Below are positions 38,075-51,365 of a stretch of 64,000 nucleotides of DNA, piece after piece. Origin of the DNA: Blasia pusilla (taxonomy: Eukaryota); assembly GCA_050084515.1 (NCBI GenBank), contig CM114271.1:37696001-37760000 (forward strand), given 5' to 3'. The notes beneath the pieces are model-generated. The model did no database searches. It was given only the letters and a program-made list of their open reading frames with translations, and had not been told where the DNA came from. Position numbers and translations under genes: made by a program. The first letter of the stretch is position 1; every line of letters begins with the position of its first letter.

Positions 38075-39868
38075 TTTCTGCCAAGTGTGGCAGAGCGCGC
38101 CTCCGGCCTTCTTTCGGCAGCGGCTGTGTACCACTGCAAGCTCGCAAGCGGTGCGGAGGAAACAGAGCGATTTACCGTTATCCGGAAGCCAGGTATCGGT
38201 TGGAGGTACCCAAAGTAACAGAGCTGCCAATTGCAGACGGATGCGGTCCCTCGGGATCCTGACGAGCAGTGGAAGGTGGAACATGGGGCAGAGACACCCC
38301 TTAACTCAGCAAACTCAACGGCGGAGAGCGGAGGATATAAGAATCGAACGGCCACCGCCACGACAACACATGGCGCAATAATTTAAAATAAATAAACGGA
38401 GTCCGGGGTATCGGCAACGAAAGAGGAGGAGGTGCTCTGTCTATTCACTTCTCACTCATATGGACTTTTCGTTCCCCCCTCCATCAAAACCGCGTATCGG
38501 ATGCGCCTGTCCATCTTCCGCTATGTATGGAAGTTCGAGATCGTGGAGATCATGACACATCGGGATCCCCTTAGCTCGCTCGCTCGCTCGCTCGCCTTAC
38601 CGCAGTCAAGGCGTTCGGAAGACGAATATCGATTGGCGGCTTTTGGAAGCTCTGGCTGACGTGTTGCTGAAGATTCCGCGCCTTCGCCTTCGCGACTTAT
38701 TCGGACGTATGAGGAGGATCGATTGATTCCTTCCCGCACAGGAGTTGCCTCCAGTTCATGGCTGACCGCCAATCACAGTAAATTCTCGTGACTCCAAACG
38801 GACAGATAGACAGACAGACATAGAGCTCTTCGGACCTACAAGAGCTGCCCTGTCTTAAGGGAATCTACGGGAAGTGGGCGCCGGTGGTAAGCGCTGGACT
38901 CTCCGATGCGGCACCGGTTCTTTGTGGGGATGACATATCCCCACTAGTCAGGACTATTTTTAACGGGTCACGCTACCGCAAACCACCAAATTTAGACACG
39001 ATCGTCGTTTTCCCTAGCCATTGTTCCTTCCTGCATCTTCGAACGCCGGCAAATTTCTATCGTGCCAGTCGGTCCCAAAAATCGGAGTGATTGCTTATTA
39101 TTGAACTCTGGTGCAGGTGGACCTGTGAAATCCCTCGCCCAAATGACAGCCTCCGCGCTCGCGCGCGTGCAGGGCAAATCTAGGGTGAGTCAAACTGTCG
39201 AACACAAGGATATCCTCCGAGCTAACTTATCAGGCCGCGCACGGACGCAGGATCCGCCATCTCGGCTTCCGTTGGAATCTTCTTCCCTGCGACGGCTGCG
39301 TGCCCGGACGCCGGCGAGCGCTTTTCCCGGCCTAATCCAGGCGAGTGAGTGTGCAGATAAGACGTACGAGCGCAGCGTATATTTCTGAGCGTTGGGTCCG
39401 TCGATTGGGGGACATGTGGAGCTTATCTGCCCACAGACGGCATCTGGTAGATCGCAGCCCCACTCGTGGCTGCGATTCGTCTGAGGAAGAGCTTTGTACG
39501 CCGTTGGATTCATATCCTTCCCTCCGTCAGTCGAAGGGAGAAAGAACTTATCAGTAGATGAAGCTTTATTAAGACTCGGCTTTTAACGGAAACCATAGAT
39601 TTAGCAATTGTTATGATTTCGTCCCATATGATTTTCAATTAGACCACTCGAGGGACTAGCAAATTTAAAAATTTATTTTGTTCTTGCCGAGTCATCACGT
39701 GTGAAGCATAAAGGTGTTTGCAAATAAGAGGTCACTAGTGAGGTTGCACGGGCGTAAGATTATTAGCAAAGAGTTTGTGGCATCAAAATGGCTCTTCACC
39801 GTGTAGACTGTGGATTGCTTCTTTAGAGTACAGGGGCATGGTCGCATGGGCATCAATCGAACAACAAG

Positions 39869-39900
<32 letters not shown>

Positions 39901-40819
39901 GAGGGAGGGGAGGTTTCTAGGATCGGAGGTTGTTTCCATGATGAGTACTTCTCTGCAATGCTGCTAAATCATATTGTTGTCGACTCTCTCCTCCTCAACC
40001 CTTACCACTCCACAATCACCATCAAATGGTTTCTGCACGCAACTGTATACTATCCGGCAACCTCGGACGGTGATGAGAAAGCCAATTAGCCTAGTGCTCA
40101 GATTACAAGTGACGATGAGTCCAACAACCAGGAATTCTGAAGAACTACTTGGATGCGAAGGAGGCTCCACGGATTTGGTTCCCATCGTCTGAGCATTGAT
40201 GAACGACACTGATTTTCCAATCTTGATACCTACTTCAAGATCGGCTTGAGCTCAATGCTTGGAACTTGTTTTCTATTGTGTTACAAAAGAGAGGAGCGAT
40301 ATGTGCGACAGAATTCTAATCCCAACTTACAACCCCTGGTTTAGCTATAGTTAATTAATCTGCTACGGCCAATCACCTTTTCCAATTTCAATTGGTTGCC
40401 AATTGCTTATGAGAGAATTGTTTCTTTCGGTACTCTATCAAATGTTGGTTATTTCGTTTCAAGATCATTGCCCGTCATGGCTTTGAGTCTGTGACAGACA
40501 AAGAGAGCTTCGAGTGGATAGTCGATCCACGTCCGCCTCCACTTCCTTCTCCAACGTAGGGAAAAGAGTAGATTTATCTGCACTCAAGAATGTTTGAAAA
40601 AGTTCGAGTGCTAAACAGATGTCTACTTCCCCAAGACCCGATTTATCAAAACCACATATAGGGACACTAAGCACCCACAAAATCAAATCAAATAAGACAT
40701 ACATAGCACAATACGACACCATTCAAAAAATAGATTTGAGTCAAGAAATAGATCACATTCAGGGAGTCAAGAAATAGATCTAATTGAGTTTCACATGTTA
40801 TCGGAAGCAAGAATTTTTT

Positions 40820-40913
40820 TGAATTTATGTGCAATATTATTAATCTTTTCTTTTCACGGGCTATACACTAGCTCTTCAAACACTTCATGTGCATCGCACA
40901 AGCACCTTACTAG
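40820..40913 (+). mobile_element. Helitron 3' end remnant related to the 36634-37363 element
   Basis: 40820-40885 resembles 36743-36808 (TTCACGGGCTA.ACACTAGCTCTTCAAACACTT). Ends GTGCATCGCACAAGCACCTTACTAG|T. Confidence 0.6.
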
Positions 40914-41455
40914 TCTTATTAACGAGGTCTTTCACCAAAATATTTACAAAAAATTTGGAAATAGATAAAAATTTCCTTCCTTCAATTTCTCATGTACATA
41001 AATTTTTTTAACATAATAAATTTTTTTTAAGGAAATCAAAAAGAAGATTTCCTTAAAAAAATCAATTATAAGTAGGATTATCAAATCTCATCGTAGTTTT
41101 AGAAATTCATTATCTTTAAAAAAAATTACAAAAGGCTAAATAAATTCTATCTCCTATTTCTAGAATATGCATTCAGTGAAATTTTTAATGTGGTTTAGTA
41201 TTATCTAGATATATGATAGTTGAAATATTGTAATTCATTATTTGAAGAGTAAAGAAATTTCCCTACAAAGACATGATAAAACTAAGAAACTAGATTTACC
41301 CTATTGGAACTCATATGCTAATAAACTTATTATATTATAAAGTTCTTGTAATAGTAGCGATTCATAGAATTTTACTCAAAGAAATTTTATTAAATTCCTA
41401 GTAATTATATAAATTAAGTGTTGCTTTTCTACCATCTGCCCTTTTAATTACAATG

Positions 41456-41460
<5 letters not shown>

Positions 41461-41496
<36 letters not shown>
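41461..41496. repeat. (AT)18 microsatellite
   Basis: Perfect AT run seen directly. Confidence 0.95.
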
Positions 41497-41500
<4 letters not shown>

Positions 41501-44085
41501 GAAAGAGACATATGTACGAGTTGATGCACTATGACAATCTAATTTCACTTATCTTTGATCCTTATTTAAAAGAAGAGGTTAGGAGATATTGAAATAAGGG
41601 ATAGAATAATTTTTGTTCCTTAACAATATGTCGTGCATGTGGGAGAGGTTTTTGGACACAAGATTTGAAGGATGATTGTATCCAACTTGTCGTGCATGGC
41701 TAGGTCCACAAATAACACACTCAGTCTTTTACCAGTTGTAAAATTTCATGTTGAATGGCTTAAAATTATTGTTTCTATATGCTCACACGGAGAATGAAAT
41801 GACATGTCTATACCTTGCAATTTTTTACATACTTGATGACTTCCTTTGCTTGACTCTTATCTTAATAGTAGCAAAATAATTAAGACTATGGTTGTATACG
41901 CATGCAATGTGTTTGATAAATTGTGTTTTGCAATTTATGAAACTAGTAAGAATGCCCGCGTGATGCAGTTATAATTGTTTTTACAAAATAAGAGTAGTAA
42001 AGAGATATTTCTGCTTGAATATTAATGATAATGAATCTCTACCTTCACTCTGAAAAAAATTCAAATATTTATTTTTATATTATCGTTCCTTTTCTGATCC
42101 CCATCTCTTAATTAAGAAAAGGAAATCACTCATTTTACAGTAATTTTTTTCAAAAATTGGAAATCACCCGCACAAACCTAATTAAGTTTGAAAAAAAATT
42201 CATGTAGGAAGGAAATCACGTGCATCATTTTGAAGAAGAATTCTTGTCCCATTCTCTTATTATCCTTTTTCATTATTTTCCCAAAGTAGTACTTAATTTT
42301 CCTTCCAAACTAAATTTTAAATTTACTTTTTAATATATTTTTTAATTATTATTTTAAAAAATATTTTAAAATGAAAAAATGATAGTGACTATGAAGGAGA
42401 CTTAAAATTATTTCATTAATTTTTTTATTTTTTAATATAAAAATTTCCTATGAAATTTAAGTCCTCCTTATCAAATTAAAACTTTTCTAGTATTTTTTCT
42501 AAAATTTTCAAATTTTAATTCTTAATTTTAAGATATGAAGAGTAACGAATATGAAGGAGATTCAAGAATCTTTAATGAAAAATTGGAATAATATTCATAA
42601 ATCTATTTTTAAAATGAAAATTTCATCCAATTACTACTATGCCTTATCAAATTTAAATTATCTAAATTTTTTCCAACTTAAGCACTTAAAATTTTAATTT
42701 TAGAATATAAAGGAACATGAGGGAGCCTTATGAATATTGAAAAAATTATCCAAAATTAAAATGATTAAAATTATTCTAATTATTAGAAGTTTCTCCTCAT
42801 TCTACTACTTACGCTAAATGTAAGATAGAAATAGATTCAAAAGAGTCGAGATTCGAACTTGATATAAAAAGAGATCCAAGAGACTTGATTTATTTTGAAG
42901 CCTGTGCCGCATGACATTCAATGAACTCATCACGTCAAGAAGGCATCTTTCGTTAGTAGAATAGACTAAGATCAAAATTAATTAGACAACATGCATCAAA
43001 TAAAATTTTTAAGAATGCAATTAACTAAGTGCTAGTAGCCAAAATTTTAAATTATTTCAGGTTACATGAAAAATTGTGTTGAGCATTGATGGTGCATACG
43101 TAGTCAAATCTATGTAGCTATCTCATTCTACTACCAATACTACTCCTTTCTGCTCCCCTTGGTTGCTCTTGGACTTATGGAGAGAACTACAAGGGGAAGT
43201 GGGATCAATACGTGGAGGGTGTGGTGTTCATGTCATCCACAACTTACGGCACCAAATAACTTAGAGGCAGAATATTTTGGTAGGATGCTTCCCCAATATC
43301 ATTAGCTATACTCCGTTGCATAACATAATGCACAGAAATTAAATTTGATCCTTAGATATGAGGTTTAGCTCGACAAAAGTAGCTTGTAGAAAAGATTTTC
43401 TAAGGGATACGGCAAAGTGCTTTGACCTCTTACTTACTAGAGGGTGTGGGGGACTTATATGTAGCCTCTATAAGAAAACTAAATTTTTACTTGCACAAAT
43501 TTGCTATATTACTATTGGACACACAAGATTGATATGCGCTTAGTGTGAAAGGGATTTTTCATGAGCAATGGGAAGGGGTAATTGTATTTTCTTTTGTCGT
43601 CTCCCCTTTCACAAAGGATTTATAAAATTTCATAGGAGGTCTCTATGGCGGAGACACTCATATGTCTTCTACTTAATGGATAATGATATTAACTACCAAC
43701 ACATATCCTTCTAAATATTCAATGCATGTACGATGATTTGCATTGTTCTTCACATGTCATGATTTCTTTAGTATCAAATGTAATTTTCTCTTCCATTACA
43801 TATAATACTCTTTTATCATAACTTCCACTTGAGATACTCATAATTTATATTATCCCTCATAGTCTAACTATGAGGGATTATTTTTCATCTCTTCCCTACC
43901 CTCAAGATAAAAACCTTGTCTAAATAATATGACTATGTTTTAAAAACAAATTTATAGAGGTGGTGAGAGAATAAGTTGAGCAATGGTAAGGGGCCTATGA
44001 GGAAAAGGACCAGTTTGGAGGCTCAAAATAACTATGTCGAGCATCTCTAACCTCTCTTTTTTTGCGGATATTGTTGTTGTTATTA

Positions 44086-44247
44086 CTAGCCGGTGCCCGT
44101 GCTATGCACTCATGATATTTAATCTCTCCTTAATTCAACTCCCTCTCTCAAAATAACATGTGTCACCACCATAAGAGCCCTTAGAGGACATGTGTCAACA
44201 CCTGAGAAGGGGTTTCTTCAAACCCCCTCCTCTTTTAATCATATAGA
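44086..44247 (-). mobile_element. Miniature non-autonomous Helitron (~160 bp), copy A
   Basis: On minus: A|TCTATATG...GTGCATAGCACGGGCACCGGCTAG|T. Near full-length similarity to 63741-63912. Confidence 0.8.
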
Positions 44248-46959
44248 TAGAAGTCAAAAATATTCCCAATAACTTCAAGTAGCACAAATAAAAGTGGAAT
44301 TGGGACAAGGACAAATATCTAAGGATCTCTCTTGAAAGCCAAAGAAAATTCACTCTTGGTGGCTATAATATGAACCAAAAACAGACATGACATCATTTAA
44401 CATACTAAGTTGAAATAAGAGGTTTTTTCTTTTACAAATCCATTTGCAAAAACTTGAGATTATTCCTAAAAGCAAAGCCTTTGCTTATGGGTCCATTTAC
44501 TAAAAAATCAAAAGTTGGTTAAGCATACTAGTCCTACTACCCAAATACCTAAAAAATTTCAACTTGTTATTTAGCCATAAATAAAATATAATTCACTTGC
44601 CCCAAATTTGCAAAATTTTCAACTCTATCTCAAGTAGAGCCACTTGGCCTTCCTAGTGTATGATCTTGTTTTTGCTAATGCCAATTGATTTATTTTGTTT
44701 CATAAATAAGTTAATCTCCTTACTATTTTTTCCCATATATAAATATAAATAAAAATAAATAAATAATATAAATATATATAAAAAATATATATATATAATC
44801 TCTCAAGTGCATGATCCCATAGGCTGAATTTATCTTCCAACAACTAAAATCCTATACAATCCCCATCACAGTTTGTTTCCATGTCCTCTATTTTTAATTT
44901 AGATAATTTTTTAACTTACATTAAAAAATAATTTTCCTCATTACTTTTATATTGATTCTCTTTCATTAGAACATTTTCCCCCTATTTTATTGTCCTCTGA
45001 TTTAATTTCTTTCATTAAGTGATGCAGAAAATTTAGTTTTCATCGAATATTTATTAGTTAATGAAAGAATACATCGGGATTGGTATCGAAGAAGGGGCAT
45101 ATGGTACAAACATACACATGGATACTTATCGAAGAATCTGCATGGGGTATAAAACCAATCATGAAAATAATTTAAAACTAGAAAAACTACCCTTTATAAA
45201 TGTAAACTAAATATTATGCGACATTAGTTTTCCATGTCAAAGCCCCATTTCTTCTTCCTTAATGACAGTTTCTCCCCTCTTCATTTATTGTTTCACACCA
45301 CTTTTTGCCATGTTTAAATATCGTTATTTAAATATTGATAATTTACTCTACTGCTTTTGAAGTTATGGGTATTTTAATACCCCCGAAAATAATTTCTTTT
45401 ATATATTCAATGTTGGATTCCCAAAATAATTCCATGCCTATAGATTTCTTCTCCTTGATTTTCCCTGCTTAATCAGACTTTTGAAGATTTTACTATTGGA
45501 TGACATATGCCTTGTATTTACTAGTGTAAAGCATGTGCCATGTAAAATTTTGATAACATAAAATAATCACACTTACCACCAAATATATATATATTTTGAA
45601 AACTTTTTCTTGCTTTGCAAATGATATGTTTCAATCAAATATAGAGGCCTTTGAAAAATCAAGAACCCATTCTCTCTTCACATTATAGATCATGTCAATT
45701 CTTTTTTACTTTCTTCCATATTTCAATGTTAGTTCCTCATACAAGATGTTTTTTTTTCCTCCTTGAACAAGCATTTACGTTGAACTTCCTAAGGGGATAG
45801 AAGAGTCAAAAAATAACCAATGAAGTCATTCATGAAAAAGAAACTTAATAAGTCTTAGCATTTGAATCAAATTTGAATGGACAATGTATATATATGTTTT
45901 TGAGAGGAAAAAAAGAATGAAGGATGAGATAGATAAAAGGGCATACCAATGGTTCAAATTTGGGATGTTCTTCTCACATTTGGAGTAGAGGAATAAAATC
46001 GTGGGATTCTTAGGAAGATTTGGCAAATTTTGACTATTTGCAATCTTTCTTTTTTAAAACTTCTTGAATATTTGATCTTAAATTTTATATTGGGCACATC
46101 ATCATTATGTCACACCTAGTCTTCCCCTTGCATGCCAATTGGAAACATGAATATTCTAGGCTTAAATAAAAAAATTCTTGAAAACTAACTGTCAAATATT
46201 TTGTTGAACTTTGGTTATGAGACATATCTTTGGAGGTGTTACTTTTATTTTCCATTGTGATGATATGAATCTTGTCCATTTTAATTCCCTCTCTTATCAA
46301 ACTCATATAACATCTATTAAGAATGTTGTATGAAGTAATATATATCCATGCAAATTCTGCATGTAAAAATGAATGCGCACGATTTAGGTCATGGATATGC
46401 GAGTGTTAATATCTATATCTATAATTTTTTTCATAGAAAATAATTTTCAACGACATGAATAAGACTTCTAAAATCCTCATTGATATTTAAACATCGTTAT
46501 TGGCAAAGATGCGATGATGATAATAGTTAACCATTCCCAAGAGGCTAGGAAGAATGTACTATTAAGTGTAGACTAATAGTTATGATGGCGGGGAGTTTTC
46601 TTTGCTTCATATTGTAAGGGCTTGGCCGACTTATTTTAATGATTGGTAATCTTATTTTACGAATCGGCTCCTTGGTCACTATTGTAATTTTTCCAAAATT
46701 GTCGCATACTCTCTTGCTTTGTGTCACATCCAACAAGTAGAGTTCTACCTACTTTCATAGGTTTTTAATTTAGGGTCATTTTTGGAGGAAGAGTCTTTTA
46801 GCTCTTTCCAAGGATATAAAGGTGAGGGAGAGGGATTTTACAACCCATCTTTTCCATGTTGAGACTTTTGAGAATAAGGACTTTTAGGGTTTTCTAGGAG
46901 CTTAGGTATTACAATCTAGATTTCCTCATAGCAAATGATGGATATGGCTCGATATGCAC

Positions 46960-48866
46960 ATGTAGATCTAGACCAATAAGTCATACATCTCAATGTAAGG
47001 CATAGAAGAATTGGGCACATGAACCTTTGAAAAATGTAGAGTCTTTCATCATCGAATATATTCATAGGACTCCCTTCATATTCAGTCCTACTATGTTAGA
47101 TGTATATCAATTTTCCATGCAAGCTTGATTTCCATTTCTATTAGGTGTTTTCCCTAGAAACAAGCTTTTTCCAAAATTTTGAATTTGTGAAACAAGCTAG
47201 ATTTCCATTTTCCAAGCAAAATAGAAGAGCATCCAAAATATTGGAGGTGATTCACAATGATACGTGGACAACATTACAACATAACCGTAGTGGTTGCCAT
47301 TACTTTGTTTCATTTATTGATGATTGCTCTAAATATATATGAGTATATATGTTTTAGAAACCAAGTCAAACGTATTCTCATTGTTCCAAACATTTAGAAA
47401 TTTGATAGAGAAGCAGACCAGACCAAGGTTGCACTCGGAAAAAGTCCGTGCGGGCGTAGGTATCCATGGCCCGCACTTGACCTCCCCTTGATCCCGCAAC
47501 CTACATCCGGGCTTGGCGAGCACGCACGTAATCTAAGAACTTGTCGCACATTTTGTATCCCGCATTGGCCTACGATAGGCCCGAGTAGGGCGGGGTTGCG
47601 GGCTTGCTCTCTATAGGCATGTGCAGGTTATGTGCAAGCCAATTCTTGCCCGCCTCCCTTCGTATAATCTCGCACCCATTTCCGCATCCAGAGCCCGTGC
47701 GGGCAAGTGGAGTACCAAAAAAAAGTGGAGGAAGAAAAACAAGTAAAAAAACTGATAAATGAAATTGGTTAAAGGGAACAATTGGGAGAGCCATACACAA
47801 TTTTCTTAATCATTGGGCATATGCGTGGATATGTCCGTTTCCGTGCAACCTTGGACTAGACATTTTATTTTTAAATTGCGTCAGGATGGAGGAGAAGAGT
47901 ATCTCTCAACAGATTTTGATTATTACTTATGTAATCAGTGTATTCAATAAAGAGTCATTTGTCATTCCACTCGATAATGAAATGAAGTGGTTAAGGGGAA
48001 CAATTGACATATTGCCAAGGTTGCACCAACTATGTTGAATAAGAAAAATATGTCTAAGGTGTATTGGGCAAAGACTATAACATACACAATTTTCTTAATC
48101 ATTGAATTCCAACAACATGAGTTCATGATAAGACTTCACTTGAAAGCTTCACAACAATGAAGCTGATTTTTCTTTCAGAAAATCTTTGGTTTTATTTGTT
48201 ATGCTTATGTCATTCTTTTTGAAAGATGTCAAAAATCATTATTAAAATTTGAAAGATGTATCTTAATTGGCTATGTTGATTAAACTAAGGGATCTAAGTG
48301 CTACATCATATAGGCAACTTACTATTAGTTGTGATGTTGTTTTTAATGAGTTAAAGTCATGGTATATTCCATTTGAACGTATTCCATCTCTCAATATGCC
48401 TGTTGAGGGGGAGAATATGAATTTAAAAAAAATTAAATTAACTAAAAATTTTCCAAGTACTAGAGAGGTCTTAGAATTTTCAATTAAATCTTTCAATCCA
48501 TGGTTGATGGAACTCAATAAAGATGGAGAAACGCATTTATTCAATTTGCTAACACTAGTTACAACTCAAGTGAATTGTTGCTTTGATAAAGTAAGTCTAT
48601 ATTTGAAAGGTATCCACCTTTGAAAAAAAAACTTCATAGATCAAGGAGAGTTACACATAATGCTCATAGATTCAGAAATAAAGGAATTCTTGCAAAATAT
48701 CATACATAAATGATGATTTTCCTTTAAGAACATCAACAGAATTATTTTGAAGAAGTTGTATGTAAGGTCAAATGAATTGAAGAAATAGAGGAAGAGATTC
48801 TTGCATTAAGGTATATACAAACGTGGAAGTTGGTTGATATATCTCATGATAAGGAAGCTATTGGTT
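46960..48866 (+). mobile_element. Ty1/Copia remnant (GAG-pre-integrase, integrase, start of RT), heavily degenerate
   Basis: HRRIGHMN (~47000); KQARFPF...ASKILEVIHNDTW...HYFVSFIDDCSKYI; FRNLIEKQT/RHFIFKLRQDGGEEYLS across the MITE; ISCDVVFNE; EEILAL...TWKLVDISHDKEAIG (~48790-48865). INT-before-RT order. Confidence 0.85.
47424..47853. mobile_element. hAT-type MITE, copy 5, nested in the Copia integrase
   Basis: Ends CAAGGTTGCACTCGGAAA / TTTCCGTGCAACCTTG. TSD GACCAGAC vs GACTAGAC, 7/8. Removing the element and one TSD restores the integrase frame. Confidence 0.92.
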
Positions 48867-48868
48867 AA

Positions 48869-49700
48869 CAGAGCTGGTTCCAACGCACCAAAGATCTTGG
48901 CAAACGCAAAGCAAAAGATAAGGGATAAATGATTCTATAGCATAGAGATGTCGAAGGATCACATAGTGGAATTTTGGGGCTATTGTATTATTTTAGAATA
49001 GGTATTCTAAAAGCATTTTATAACTTTGCAAGATTTTTTTAGAGATAACAATCTCCTTGGTGCAATGAGAATTCTTATCCCCTTGCACATGCCTTCCAGC
49101 CAAGAGGGCTTAAAAAATTGGATATAAGGACTTGGATGAATTGTGCAAACACTTTGGAGGCTTGGTATTCATTAGGGGACAATTAATTTTTTTTTTTGTT
49201 AAACGAGAGTTCCAATTTTTAAGATGATGGCTAAAATTGAGTGGAAGGATCATAATTTTGGAGACTTATGGGCTATGGTAAGTTGGAATCTATCTTTAAA
49301 CTACAAGTTTGCAAACTTCCGAATCATAGCTAATGTTGCAAGAGTTCAATATGTTAGTATTGCTATATGTAAGAGAGCATTCTCCTTTCAAAACATGATA
49401 AAAAATTAGTCTCGTATTACATTGACCACAAAATACGAGGATACAATTTTGAGGATTGCCTTAGAGGAATCCTCCATAGATTATGAGGACAAGTTGTGTG
49501 AGTTTGTGGTTTTGTGGAAAAAATATGCTCACTTAACATTATTTTCCAATCTTAAGAGATATATTTCCTCCCAAGTAGAACTAGAATGTGTCCAAACATT
49601 TCAAATTTTTTCACATTTGTTGATCTATTTTGTAAAAATAATGAATTTCTTTTGTAGAAATTAGAGCCTCTTTAATTAGAATGCTTTGGAGCTGCAAGTA
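48869..49700 (+). mobile_element. hAT transposase C-terminal (dimerisation-domain) remnant
   Basis: ORF 49224-49409 LWAMV...FANFRIIANVARVQYVSIAICKRAFSFQNMIK resembles the hAT dimerisation motif S.A.CER.FS....IK. The Copia RT stops abruptly at ~48866. Boundaries are approximate. Confidence 0.6.
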
Positions 49701-51307
49701 CTCTTAAGTGAAGGATCCTTCACTCCCAAGTAGTGGAGAGGCTTGACCAGGTTTACCTCATGCCAAGGATTATTACTATTATTATTTAGTAAAGACGTGA
49801 TTCATATAAAGATCTTGATGTGGATACGGGCTATTGAGGAGTGGGGAGGTTTGGGGAAAGATGCGGTCTAGACTTTAATGGAGTGTAGGAGGAAGAAAAG
49901 AAGTGAAGAACCTAAGAGTATGAGGAGAAACCTTGTCTGCATCACTCCAAACGGCTATTGTTAGAAGTCGGCTGTCGACTTTAAAAAAGTGTAAAAAAGA
50001 AGAAGAAAATGATTCAGTGAAATTAATTGCTTGCACCAAAAAAGGCAATATCCAGCTGAAAATGTGAAACTTACCAACCTATCCGACCCCACATAAAAAA
50101 TTGGTTGTAAAATCTAAACTACTAGTAATTGCGTGGCGATCTTAAATAAACTCCCCAAACTTTGATGGTGAAAGTTTTTAACCCCACACCATGAGAAGTG
50201 CAACATCAATGTGCAAAAAATAGACGAGCCTCACACCTATTTATCCTCCGATTAGGTCAAGAGGGTAAGTAAGACAAGGAACAGTACTACATTTTCCTAA
50301 ACGCCGGGGAAGAGATTTTTCTTTTTATTCTTTTCACCCCATAGGTTCAAACCAATTGGGAGGAGTACCTCACGAATGGTGATATGAATCAAAATACACA
50401 AAAGTCGTGGCCGAGTTGGTTTACAAGGAGTTTTTCCCCAAGAGCCGATACCTTGCTAGCAATAAGGATAACTCCGATGTATGACCTGGTTTTCAAATAC
50501 TATCCACATAGAAAAACAATTCAAAAATTTTTGCACCCCAAATAATTCCACACATGCAGACAAAATACAAACTTGAATTAGTATTGTGACCTTGAACCGC
50601 TGTTCGAGCGGGCACATATGCTAGACTAAACGTATTATCGTGGGCATGAGATGGAAATGAACGGGTTGCTATCGAGTGCTTGGAGTTCGTTCTATCGTCT
50701 TCATTCGAAGAAATGTCGTCTTAATTTTTTTGAGTTAAGCTCCAATAGAGTTCTCTATACGTGTTATCTTTTCGAATTTGTGGATGTTTTGACAAAACAT
50801 ATATATGTAGATAACAAGTTTCAAGTATATTTGTTGCAAAGAATGTTCCAAAACAAATGGACGAATTATCTGAAATGAAATCCAAATGAAGACTCGAAAG
50901 TAAACTACGAAAACAGTTTCCCTTCCACTCAGTTTCTGAGACCGGAAGCTCACGGGTGCACTGGATGATTGATGGTTGTGCGTTTCTTCCAATCCTTATT
51001 GCATCGGCGATTGCGCGAAGGAAAGAAGAAAATTGCGTGAAGGGAAAGAATTTTGTCATGTCCATAGTTCCTGCGTTCCAGGCCAGTGGTTGGGGGCAAA
51101 CTCACGGTGCAGGGAAACTGGAGCGGTATGGGAGGAAACTCTCTCTACAAATGCGTCGCATCCATCGTATCCGACTAATAGACATGTACGGATTGGCTGA
51201 GTGCATCTGGTACACAAGTCCACAAGAAACGAATGCTGAACGCGTCGTGTGATGGATCGATGTGCTCATACATACAGATCGAGAACTCTTCCAGACCATG
51301 AAGGAAG

Positions 51308-51365
51308 TAAGTCAGTCAGTCAGTCAGTCAATCAATCAATCAATCAATCAATCAGTCCGTCAGTC
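51308..51365. repeat. Compound (AGTC)n(AATC)n microsatellite
   Basis: AGTC units switch to AATC units, seen directly. Confidence 0.9.

Noticed and set aside
39937..40220. Several TGATGA and CTGA motifs suggesting C/D snoRNAs
   Set aside because: No terminal stems or recognisable rRNA-antisense elements, and the spacing is unconvincing.
48016..48026. CAAGGTTGCAC matching the MITE TIR
   Set aside because: It reads as part of the Copia integrase (IAKVAPTML). No partner TIR or TSD was found.
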